Positions 1-18,267 of a stretch of 64,000 bases of DNA are shown in pieces; within the stretch, counting starts at the first letter, position 1, and every line of letters starts with the position of its first letter. The notes under the pieces are model-generated. The model was not told the DNA's origin and ran no database searches. It was given only the letters and a program-made list of their open reading frames with translations. A program made the translations under genes and the position numbers. Source of the stretch: the human T2T-CHM13v2.0 reference genome, Homo sapiens; assembly GCF_009914755.1 (NCBI RefSeq), contig NC_060928.1; one strand, given 5' to 3'.

Positions 1-399
1 AATAAATAAAAATAAATAAAAATCCTCCTCCTGGGCCCTTGTAAATGTAACATCTCTCTAACAACAAACGAGTTGGAAAATATTAAAACCACGGTTACCA
101 CATCTCCAGGAACTGGATGTATCGAGGCCTCAATCCAGCGGCATGTCAGGGGTGGCCCATGCTGTTCATTCCCTGAAACGCTCACGCTCCCGGCAAGCCC
201 AGGCATACACAGCAAAAAACACCTCACTCCAATTGCCACAGAAAAAGCAACCAAACAAACCAAGGCAGGCAGAGGAAAGGAGTTTGCAAAGCTAACGGCA
301 AAACGAATCCGTCCAGAAAGACAAATGTCAAAAGAGTCAGCGGTTCAGGAGGTGGGTCTTGAACCTCCCATAAAACAGGCATCAGGCAGCTGCTCAGAG

Positions 400-920
400 T
401 GAGAAGACAGAAAGAAGCCTGGGACACACAAAACGAGGGGAAACGATTGAGAACTAGCCACACCCAGACAGGAAATAAGATGGTCAAATAATATTTTACA
501 CACACTTTCCTAATACACTTAAAAACTTGAATGAAATGGATTGTCTTTAAAACCCGTTGTAAAAAATCTGAGAACGATGTCTAAGAATTCACAGATGGAT
601 TCTTTCAAACATTCAAGAAACAGATAATTCCAATGATATTTAGAATGTTCTTGGAACGGAGAAAAAGAAGGAAATCCTCTGGGTTATTTTTGTGAAATTA
701 ACATAAGAGCAATGCCAAAAATTGGTGGAGAGATAGCGATAGAGATAGAGAGCGCGCGAGTGCGCGGGCGGCAGGCCGGGCTCCAGCGAGAATGTCAGTG
801 CTGAACGCTGGGCCAGAGCGGGAGGAGAGTCTGGCGTTCCATGGGAAACACAGTGAGTACTCAGTGGGGCTCATTTTAGCAAAGTGAGGATGGTTCAATA
901 TTCAAACACGATTATGCTCC
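400..920 (+). mobile_element. Old L1 (L1M-type) ORF2 remnant
   Basis: AT-rich, with L1-like words (aaaacttgaatgaaatgga; caaacattcaagaaacagataattcca; gaaaaagaaggaa). Confidence 0.55.
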
Positions 921-1120
921 TCACGCTGTGAACCGTATCTTGCGGTTGCTATTCTCAGGGCTGGCGGGTGGCTCTCGCCACCCCACGTCCTCGCCTATAG
1001 ACAGTGGAACGGTGATGACTCCCCAAGGCCCCTTCAGCCTTGGGTAGGGCAGGAGTGCACGGGGTGGGGCCCGGCCAAAGCTTCTCATTCTCCCCCAGAA
1101 AGGGGCCCTATGGCTGCCAA

Positions 1121-1235
1121 GCCTCTGCCCTGTCTCACGCCCTTACTGAAACGGGCCCTGTGGCTGCTGAGCCTCTGCCCTGCCTCGTGCCCTCAAGGAA
1201 ACGGGCCCTGTGGCTGCTGAGCCTCTGCCCTGCCT
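1121..1235. repeat. ~50-bp tandem repeat, ~2.3 copies
   Basis: gaaacgggccctgtggctgctgagcctctgccctgcct occurs twice. Confidence 0.85.
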
Positions 1236-1369
1236 GCTGCCCTCACTCAGCCTTGAACACGGACACATGGCCTGAGGGGGTGGGGGGGACCTCAGGCCGT
1301 GGGGGCCACATGTGTGACCACTTCATGACCATCACAAAGGTAGGCGTCCTCCGTAACTCTCAGAACCCA

Positions 1370-4220
<2,851 letters not shown>

Positions 4221-4433
4221 GTGTTCCCAACAGACAGAGAAGAAAAAGTCATAAATCAAAGGGCGTCCATCAGAGTAATAAAAAGGGTATGGGCTTGAGT
4301 GTGGGGAAATTATCTTCAGACAGAATACCGCTCGAATCCCACCTAGCAAAGTTCCAAAATAAGAGAGGAAAGGACCAAACTCTTTCTAAGTGACTTGACC
4401 ATATCAAGAGCAAAACTCAAGAATATACTTAGG

Positions 4434-4625
4434 GGCCAGGCACGGTGGCTCACGCCTGTAATCCCAGCACGTTCCTAATGCTGGGCATCCTAACGCTGCG
4501 TGTCCTAACGCTGGGTGTCCTAACACTGAGCATCCTAATGCTAACGCCCGGTGTCCTAACGCTGCCTGCTCTAATGCTGGCTATCCTAATGTCCTAACGC
4601 TGGCCGTCCTAATGCCAGGCACCCT
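4434..4625 (+). repeat. 37-nt Alu 5' stub fused to a degenerate ~15-bp tandem repeat (GTCCTAACGCTGGGC-like, ~10 units)
   Basis: ggccaggcacggtggctcacgcctgtaatcccagcac stops abruptly at 4470 and is followed by recurring TCCTAA(C/T)GC. Confidence 0.8.
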
Positions 4626-4639
4626 TACAAATGATAGTG

Positions 4640-9410
<4,771 letters not shown>

Positions 9411-11499
9411 TAAGGATGGAGCATCAGGAATCCCTACCCACTGATGACTGCAGTGACCGCCCCCTTCCCTCACGCCCCCTTGGCCATGAGGATTTCCTCC
9501 TCCAGGCCCTGGGGCTCCCTTCCCCTCCACTTCCATCTGGAGATGCTGCTGGCCAGAGACCCTCCCCAGGTGCCCATTGGAGGGTGCATTGTTCCCACCA
9601 GCCGTGAGGGGAGGTCCTGTGGGCACGCTGGACATAGTATCTCAGAATATTTTCCCCATCCGGTGTCAAGGAATAAACCAGCATCTGAGGAGCCAAGTCT
9701 GACAGGGGACACTGGAGGCGCCACCGCCCTCGGGGGTGGCTCACTGTCCACCTGTCATCCCTGAGCGCATTGGGCAAGGTCAGAAGAATGACCACAGGTG
9801 AATCTGGTGTAAAAGAAGGTTGGCTTTTGGCTCCTGTTCTTGCATTGCAGACAAGCCCACACCCCTCCTGAGAGCTGGGTGTCCAGCCTGCTGCCCGAGA
9901 GGCCCCAGTGCAGCTGAGCACAGGTCCAAGCCAAGCCTGGTTCGCCCCAGCCCTTGGGGAGGGGAGGCACCGAGGCGCTGGAGAGGTGTTGCAGCACCGG
10001 GCCATGCCCGCCTGACCTGCTCACCTGCTGACACCCAGGGGCCCTGGGCCTGGCTGGCCGCCACCACCTTACTTTGTCAAGCTGATTGTGGACCAGCCCC
10101 AGCCCCGCCACGGGCCTCGACTGCCACCGTCTCAGAGAGGCTGACATGGTGGCCTCACAGGTCCCCGGGCCCAGCGTCTGATGCACGTCCTGCAATGCTC
10201 CCTCTGTTTTGCGCCCACGCTGAAGTGCCACAAACACCTCTTCTCTCCTCAGCAACTCTGGTGGCTTTGCAGATCTTCATTAGCTCACCTGGGATGAGAC
10301 GCTGACCTGAGCTGGAGCTGGGGTCCTGCAACCATGGCCAAGGCCCCCCGTCCACACCGCCGAGGCCAGGAAAGCCGCGCCATGTGAGTGACGGGAAGAG
10401 GCCGAATGAGGGCCAAGGATTACAACTGTCCTGGAAACCGGCGGCTGCGCCATCTGCCGCCGAGCTTGGCACTGTTTGGGTCACTTATTGGCACGTCCAC
10501 CTCGCCTGTCTCCACGCATCCTCTCCTGAAAGCGAGGACCAGGTGCTGTATTGAAGAGCCGGGCGCTCGGTCCGCAGGCAAGGACAGCAGTGCCCGCGGC
10601 CAAGGACGGTGCTGGACTGGATGGTGGAGCTGGAGGGTGGGGCCTCGCCTCATCCCGGGGGACCGCCTAGTGGAAGGGCTGCCAGGCACTCAGTGTCCCC
10701 CTCGTCTGATCTCCATGTGGACCAGGAGACCCAGGTTCTCTGAAGTTTGGCAGCATCAGATTTGCGTGGACTCAATGTTCATTCTGAAGCTTTCATCAGT
10801 TCCCTGTTCTGTCTGATGTCCCAGCATTAAACGCTCTGCGCTCCCCGTGCGAGTCCAGCAGCGTCTGATGGCAGCAAAGCGGGACTGAAGTAGTCCTGTC
10901 ACGCAGGAGCTATTGAAACAAATGCTCTAACCCCAACTGGAACGTCTTGCCAACCAATGAGGCAAAAACATAAATAACTTTGTCAGTTGAAGTGCATAAT
11001 ATCCATTTTATTCCCAAGTTGGGGCTAAAGTATTTATAATTGAGTTGCAGCTTAATCAACCAAGAGCATCCTCTCTGGAGGAAAGGACTGCCCTTCACGG
11101 TTTCGGGAGGAAAGGCAGTTTCTCTGAAGGGTCCTTCCAGCCTCCCAGAAATCTGGGATAAGAGGCATCTCTGCCGAACCCAGCAAAGTGAGTGAGTGCT
11201 TTCTCGACCACACGGCGTTTGTGAAGTCCGTTCTGAACAAATGTTGGCATTTTACTGTTAAGTGTTTGCAAACTGCCTTTCGAGCACATGCCTTGTTCCA
11301 AGGAGTAAGGCTGGGAAGGACACACTGCTGGGGGGTCATTGCCTAGCGGTTCTGCACCTAGAAACCAAGTCTCCCCAAGTTGGGTGTGAGTCAGGCACTG
11401 TGGGACGCCTGCCAACACCCGGCCTCTGTTTGGAGTAGGACGGGCCCACCCTGGCCCCCACCTTCCTCTTCTAGCTGTGGCAAGTAAATGGAAACCCTC

Positions 11500-11780
11500 C
11501 ATGAGAGTCTGTAAAGACCACCACTAAACAGATGAAGGGGTTGCCCCTTAGCTCCTCTCTTTTTCCTTCCCTGACTATGGATGCAATGCTGGAGCAGCAG
11601 CAGCCACTTTGAGATTGTGAGGAGCAGCTGAGCATGAAAGATCCACTGAGGACGAAGGTGGCACCTGATGGCACCAGGTCCCCAGTAGCATCGCTGAGCA
11701 GCTGGGCCACCTCCTGACACATCGTCACCCCAATTCAAGCTCCTCTTCCTCTGATTGTTACTTGCAGCCAAAAGAATCTT
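11500..11780. mobile_element. MLT1-type MaLR LTR remnant
   Basis: ggagcagcagcagccactttgaga and ttgttacttgcagccaaaag resemble MLT1J/K text. Confidence 0.5.
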
Positions 11781-11829
11781 CCCCATGTGGAATTCAAGAG
11801 CTTCACCTCCGGATCTGCTGCTGTCCCTG

Positions 11830-12030
11830 CAGCTCAGCCCAGCCTGCAGCTCCACCGTCCTCCCAGGTCCAGCTCAGCCCAGCCTGCAGCTCCACCGTCC
11901 TCCCGGACCCAGCTCAGCCCAGCCTGCAGCTCCACCGTCCTCCCAGACCCAGCTCAGCCCAGCCTGCAGCTCCACCGTCCTCCCGGACCCAGCTCAGCCC
12001 AGCCTGCAGCTCCATCGTCCTCCCAGGTCC
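11830..12030. repeat. 40-bp minisatellite x5
   Basis: cagctcagcccagcctgcagctccaccgtcctccc(a/g)g(g/a)(t/c)c with a 40-nt period. Confidence 0.95.
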
Positions 12031-13779
12031 AGAGAGCCTGGTCAGTGGCCCAATGGGGCAGGAACTGGCAGAATCCCCCATTGCCTCAACCACCAGGAGC
12101 CTGTGGGGTCCCTAATAAACAGAGAAGGCTGAGCTTCAAACTGGGCAAGAAGAGAGAGGCAGGAGAGCCAGAGGGACCTCTGTCTGGGACAGGGTGGACA
12201 CCCAACCTTGCCCATGGTGTAAGTCTCAGGGGTGGACACTGGGAATCAGGGCAGGATTGCCCAGATCCCAGTTGCCTCCATGGCCCTGCCTGAGGTCCCA
12301 GATGGTGAGTGCTGAGCCCCACTTTGGTGCCGGGAAGGAGGAAGGAGGTGCCCCCTCCATCCCCGTGGAGGGCTGGGGGAGATGCTGGTGTTGGCTGCAT
12401 TGTGGCTCAGGGCATCCCTGGCCTGGACTCCTGGCTCTGGTGGTCTCTGCTCACAGAGGGAGATTCTTTCCCAACTGCACCCCTCACCAGCCTCACGTGA
12501 ACCCCCAAGGTGGACACCCCTCACCAGCCTCGCGTGAACCCCCAAGGTGGACACCGGTGGCCCCCACAAGCCCCTTGGGTTGTTCCTGCCGAGAACTCAC
12601 AGCCCAGCCCCACGGGGGCGCGGAGGGGCTCTCCCACACGGTAGAACCCTGCACTTCCTGCCTGGGCCGTCCACGAGACACTTCTCGTCCACCCCGGCTT
12701 GGATGACCACAATCCTCCCCCTCACGCCAAACCCAGGACCGCACCCCTACGGTGTGTTCTCCCCAGATGTTCACCTGCTTCCCTCCCCATGTAGGACTGG
12801 ACACAGAACCCAACAGCGTACCACTCTCCGGGGACAAGGACAGCTTCTCCACTGAACCCAGGCCAGGCTGTCGCCCCCCAGGTTGGGCCTGGCTGGGTGA
12901 GGGGCATTCACTGCCGGACACTGTCCATCGTGACTGAACCACCGGAGTCACTGGACCTGCCCGCTAGACCTCCCCACATGTGGCAGAGCCGAGCATGGGT
13001 GAGTCCTGCCTTGGGCTCTGTCGCTGGGGCTGTCAGAGGCTCTCCTGAGTGTCCGGCTGCCTCCCACTCTGCACCCCAGCCTCTCCGCACATGCATCCTC
13101 CAAGCCGTGTCCCACCTGAAGCCCCGGCCCGCCTGCCCCACACATTCCCGAGGACCTGAGCGTGTTTAAACAGGGCGTGTGTCACATCAAGGCGGAGGAT
13201 GGGAGAGCGGGTGGCTGCTCGCTTCTGCCACATTTAGCCCCATGGGGGTCTGCAGTGACCACGGCACCCACACGTGCCACGTTCCTCCACGCTGTCCACA
13301 GAGCTCCCAGGCCGTGTTTGCAACTTTCTGGCCTGAGGAAACCAGTTTCTTTAAATTACTCCCTTGAGGACCCTGGATCCGGACCCACGTGTTGTGGGGG
13401 GAGGCCCGGCCCCAGTTCAAGGCCACTTTTGCTGCAGAGGAGCCTCCCGCTCCCCCACGAGCGATCACCCCGGCAGCCACCATGCTCCCTTCCCTTGGTG
13501 GCCCCAACAGGGGCCCCTCCTTGAGACCCAGCGTTGGGTCAGATGAGCAGGCCCTGGGCCACTCACTCCTCAGCAAGACTCACACCTGCGGCCCAGCCTG
13601 CCGCGGACAGCCCCCGAATGGTCTTGATTTAACCAGGCCTGTCCCCCTGCCCAGAGCCCTGGGCAGGTCCTCACCTCTTCCTCCTCTCTGCTGCACCCTC
13701 TGACGGGCGTGCACGTGTGCATGTGCCGTGCTGCCTGCGCTCCTGGCCCTGACTCCTCTTAGCAGTTCATTTCTAATGC

Positions 13780-14250
13780 GTCTCTCTCCCCACTGTCTCT
13801 CCCTCTGTCTCTGTCTCTCCGTCTCTGTCTCTCCCTCTCACCACTGTCTCTCCCTGTTTCTGATTCTCCATCTCTCCCCATCTCTGTCTCTCCCTCTGTC
13901 TCTGTCTCCATCTCTATCTCTCTAACTCTCTCTGTCTCTCTCTCTCCTTCTGCCTCCACCTCTCCCTCTGCCTCTCTCTGCCCTCTTCCTTTGTCTGTCT
14001 GTCTCTCTGTATCCCTCTGTCTCTCCCTCTGCTCCCATCTCTCCCTGTCTCTGTTTCTCCCTGTCTCTGTCTCCCTCTGTCTCTGTGTCTCCCTCTATCT
14101 CTGTCTCCGTCTCTCCCTCTTTCTCTCTCTCCCCTCTGCCTCTGTCTCTGACGTGCCGTCTCTGTTTTCACCTGTCTGTCCCTGTGCGTGCTGAATAACA
14201 CATTCTTGTCTTTTTCTCTGTCTGTTTCTGGGCTGTCATTTTCTTTCTCC
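13780..14250. repeat. CT-rich low-complexity tract
   Basis: Degenerate (TCTCTG)n. Confidence 0.9.
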
Positions 14251-16196
14251 AGCTCCCCCTCCCCGACCCTGTTTCTGGGTTCGCCTTTCTTTGAACGGCT
14301 TCCTGGGTGCCTCCTGCTCCCTCTCCTGCCAGCTTCTTTGTGTCCGGGGCTTGGTCTGTTTCTCAATAGTTCTCTTGGGGTCTCTGCCAAGCTCTGTCGT
14401 GCTGTCTGGAGGTTCCCCCATTTCCCATCTCTGTCTTGCTCTGTCTCACTCACACGCATCCTGAGACAGCAACAATGAGGCTCGCCGGGTGAGGGACAGA
14501 GGCGCAGAGGCAGAAAACAAGGTCTCGACTGGAAGCCCCCCACCAGCTCCCGCCCTCAGCAGCTCTGGCTCCGAGCCTCACGTGCTCTGCAAAGCCAATG
14601 TGGGGTGCTCTGGGAAGCACTCAGCGTGGAGCCCCCCCAGGGTCTGCTGGCTGCCCCCGCTCAGCTCCACCACGCTGAGCGACGCCTGCCCGGTTGCTGC
14701 TGCTGGAGAAACTTTGGGCTGCCATGAAACAAAAAGGGAATTCAGGCTGGTAATTACCCAGCTAATTTCAGTCATGTAGACAGCCAAATAAGATATTTCA
14801 GTTTCTTACAAGCCCACCTCAGGGCCTGAATTAGCCAACTAATTAATTATCCGTAACAGCCTGGGACTCCCTGGGTGGAACGTGCGTCCCTCCCAGCGCA
14901 GATGCAGGCTTGTCCCTGAATCACAGCCCGGTGACGCAGCCATTATAATTAGACTCAACCTGACTCTTACCCTTGACCACGAAATCTCAGGGATGTGGCC
15001 CCAGGACAGGCTCAATATCTTTTCATTTAATTTGTGTTGAGTGGAAGCACAGCCACCCTCCGGGAGACAGCCAGGCAGGCAGCTCCTGTCCTGGGGGAAG
15101 CGGCGCCTGCCCTCTGTACACCCTTGTCCCTGGCCCCTCGAACCCGGCCAGCTCCCCCACTGCAGAAATGCTCCCAGGAGGCCTGACTCACTCCAAGGTG
15201 TGAATGGCATCAGGTGAGGGTGCTCCCCCGTGGAGGCCACCCAAGCAAGACGTCTCTAGTGGTAGAATCGGGCACCGGCCACAGGTTCCCCTCACAGGAG
15301 TTCTGGGCACTGGTGCTGGGGGAACACAGGATGGACGGCTCTGGGCAAAACTGAGACTCGCCACGACAGCCCCGAGGCCTGAGTTGACCCATCAGCTCTG
15401 CCGGGACACGTCTGTACCAGCATGGCCCAGGCCCTGCCCACCTCCTGGTCTAGGAACCCAGCCACTGCTCTTGACATGGTCTCTGGCCACAATGACAGCC
15501 TTGGGTCAAGTGGGGACGAGGTTCCTTTCAAATAGCAGACAGCAGGTTGGAAGGGGGCCTGGCCCCACCCCAGTACACACAAAAAAGGCTGCACGTCCCG
15601 CCTGGGAGGCAGTCGAGACACACAAGCTGTTTCGGGCCTTTTCCTTCGCTCCCGTAACCAGCAAGCCCTGGTCCCTGAGGATGGCGCTGCCTCACCCAAG
15701 TGAAACCCACAGGGTCCTCGCCAGATGCACAGGCCAGCTCTGTCCCCACGCCTGTCCCTGAGGCTGCCACCTGCATCCTGCTCTCCCACCGCTTGGCTCT
15801 CCTCATCTGGAAGGAAGCCCCCTTGGGGGCTGCCCAGCCTGGCCAGTTAGAATTGGCCCTGTAAAGCCTACGCCAGAGTGTGCACCCTCCCCCAGGACGT
15901 GCATCAGCATGGTCCATGGGCTCTGCCCCGACCACAGCAGTGGGGCAGAGTGAGCTTACAGGGCAGCCCCTGTCCCGCCAGGAACACCAGTTCTGGCTCG
16001 GGGCCTCGAAAAGGGCCGGGCTGGGGGCGCTGCTGGGCACGGTCCTTGCTCCTCTGCCCCAGGCTCCTGTGCAGGGCTGCGTGGGTGGCCGTGTGGCTGC
16101 AGGGGCGCTGCTGCGGTGGGCCAGATGAGGAGCAGCTGCTGTGGTGGTCTCTCCATGTCCCCTCAGCCCCTCCCCACCCCACCTCCCGCTTCCTAC

Positions 16197-16227
16197 CTCC
16201 TAGAGCCTGCTTCATCACAAACTCCAT
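16197..16227 (-). CDS. CPLX1: Complexin-1 first coding segment (MEFVMKQALG + 1 nt). Whole exon 2 spans 16197-16306, including 79 nt of 5' UTR; remaining coding exons lie left of the window
   Basis: Minus strand reads GCCATGGAGTTTGTGATGAAGCAGGCTCTAGGAG|GTAGGA, the complexin-1 N-terminus with a strong Kozak context. Acceptor CTCTCCCCCAG|GAAG at 16307/16306; donor GT at 16196. Confidence 0.95.
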
Positions 16228-17398
16228 GGCGATTGCTCTGCTTCCACAGTGGCTCCTCCAGGGGTCAGAACTCACACGCAAGTATGGCCGGGAGCGAGTG
16301 TTCTTCCTGGGGGAGAGTGAAGTGGTCACAGGTCACCCTAAGCAGGCCCCTGCCTGGCCTTCCCCAGAGACCATCATTCCTTACCCGCAATACCTTGTGG
16401 GCTGGACCCTCCCCCACCTGGAGCGGCTGCCTGGGAAGTCCTTCGTGAGGGGCTTCTGTCCCCACACCCAAACCAGGACCCCAGAGGACCTGAAAATGGT
16501 CTCCCCAGCTCCTGGGGTGTCTGAAGCCTCTGCAGGGAGGGCTGCTGATGGCTTAGGGGGCATCGCTCAGAGGCGCCTGGCGCCAGGCTGCGGAAGCAGG
16601 GGCGGGGCCCAGGGGGCGTTTGAAGGTGACTGCTCCGCTCTGCAGCTCAGTGTCTGGAGCGGCGCCTCCGCGGTGGTCCCGAGCCCAGGGCCGTGGAGAA
16701 GGGTTGGGGGTGGGTCTTTGAGCGGGTACCCTTCAGGGCGGGCTCCTGTGGCTTCTGACCAGGGAGGCTTGGGTGACCCTATCCCTGACGGCACTGCAGT
16801 CAGTGTGCCCCCCACATGGCCCGCGTAGAAGAGATCGGGGTTGGGGAGAAACTTCAGGGGGCTCAGCCTTCAGGAAACACGTGGGGACGGGGACAGAGCA
16901 CCCCCGCCCCGGGGGCGTGCATGGGGTGGGGTGGGGCGCTCTGGTCCCCTCTTGGGAAGCCGCTTTCTGAAATCACAGCAGCCGCAGTGAGCCCCCCGGT
17001 TTTGCGGGGTCTCTCCTATCGGGGAACCCCAGGTCCCTGGAGAGACACTGTTTGACGGTTCACCCCTCGCCCTCCGCAGAGGAAGGAGACTCGCGCGGGG
17101 ACTGGGAGGGCGGCGGGCGGGGAGCGCCCCTCGGAGGCTTTGCCGCAGCGCCGATTCTCCTCCAAACTTCTCCCCTGGCTCCCGCGGCGCGGGGAAGGAG
17201 GGCACGGCCGGGCCCCGCAGACCCGCAGGGCTCCGGCCCCGCCGCACCCGCACCCCTCGGCTTTGCGGGCGGGCGAGCGGCCCTCAGGCGGGAGCGCGCC
17301 AGGAGAGGAAAGAAAGAGGGCGAGGGAGGAGAGGGGGAGCCTCGAGACAGGAAGAAGCGAGGAGGAGGCCGGGCGCGGGCCGGGACCGCGGGGGCCGC

Positions 17399-17425
17399 TT
17401 CAGCACCGCGGCAGTGGACAGCGCC
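17399..17425 (+). promoter_or_regulatory. Non-canonical (8-nt spacer) RE1/NRSE REST site in CPLX1 intron 1
   Basis: TTCAGCACC-gcggcagt-GGACAGCGCC; both half-sites match the RE1 consensus exactly. Confidence 0.65.
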
Positions 17426-17449
17426 CGCCCCGGACCCCGCGCGCGCGGA

Positions 17450-17820
17450 GCCCGGGAGAGAAACGGGGGCTGCGGGGAGAAGCCGGGGTCGGGGGGAGAA
17501 ACGGGGGCCGGAGGGAGAGGCCGGAGCCGGGGGGAGAAGCCGGAGCCGGGGAGGAGAGACCCGGGGAGCGGAGGCCGGGGGGAGGAGCTGGGCGAAGCCG
17601 GGGCCGCGGGGAGAAGGGGGGCCGGGAAGGAGAAACCGGGGCCGGCGGGAGAAGCGGGGAGAAGCGGGGGCCGGGGAGGAGACGCCGGGGCCGGCGGGAG
17701 AAGCGGGGAGAAGCGGGGGCCGGGGAGGAGACGCCGGGGCCGGCGGGAGAAGCGGGGAGAAGCCGGGGCCGGGGAGGAGAAACCGGGGCCGGGAGGGGAG
17801 ACCCGGGGAGCGGAGGCCGG
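17450..17820. repeat. G/A-rich GC tandem repeat in CPLX1 intron 1
   Basis: Recurring ccggggaggaga / gccggcgggagaagcggggagaagc units. Confidence 0.85.
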
Positions 17821-17848
17821 GCGCGCGCTGCGCTCGGGGCGCGGTTAC

Positions 17849-17950
17849 CTTCCCGGGGCGCGGGCGGTCAGCGGCGGGGCGCGCTCGGGCCGGCTGGGTC
17901 CATGTGGCGCCCGGTGAGCTGCGGCGGCGGCTGAAGGGCACCGCGAGGAG
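17849..17950 (-). other. CPLX1: CPLX1 non-coding exon 1 (5' boundary/TSS approximate)
   Basis: Good donor AAG|GTAACC at 17849/17848 inside the CpG island, 1.5 kb upstream of exon 2 and just downstream of the GC-box array. Confidence 0.75.
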
Positions 17951-18044
17951 GGCGCGTCACTCGCAGGCGCTCCCCGCCCCCCGCCCGCGTCCGAGCGTGA
18001 CGAGCACGGGGAGGGGAGCGCCGAGGGGCGGGGCCGCGGGCGCC

Positions 18045-18267
18045 GGGCGGGGGCGGGGGCGGGGGTGGACCCGGGGGCGGGGGCGGAGGCGGACCCGGGG
18101 GCGGGGGGCGGGGGGTGGACCCGGGGGCGGGGGCGGGGGCGGGGGGTGGACCCGGGGCGGGGGCGGGGGCGGGGGCGGGGGTGGACCCGGGGGCGGGGGC
18201 GGGGGGTGGACCCGGGGCGGGGGCGGGGGCGGGGGTGGACCCGGGGGCGGGGGCGGGGGTGGACCCG
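18045..18267. repeat. G-rich promoter tandem repeat, 8 x GGACCCG(GGGGC)n
   Basis: GGACCCG at 18067, 18091, 18117, 18148, 18183, 18208, 18237 and 18261. Confidence 0.9.
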
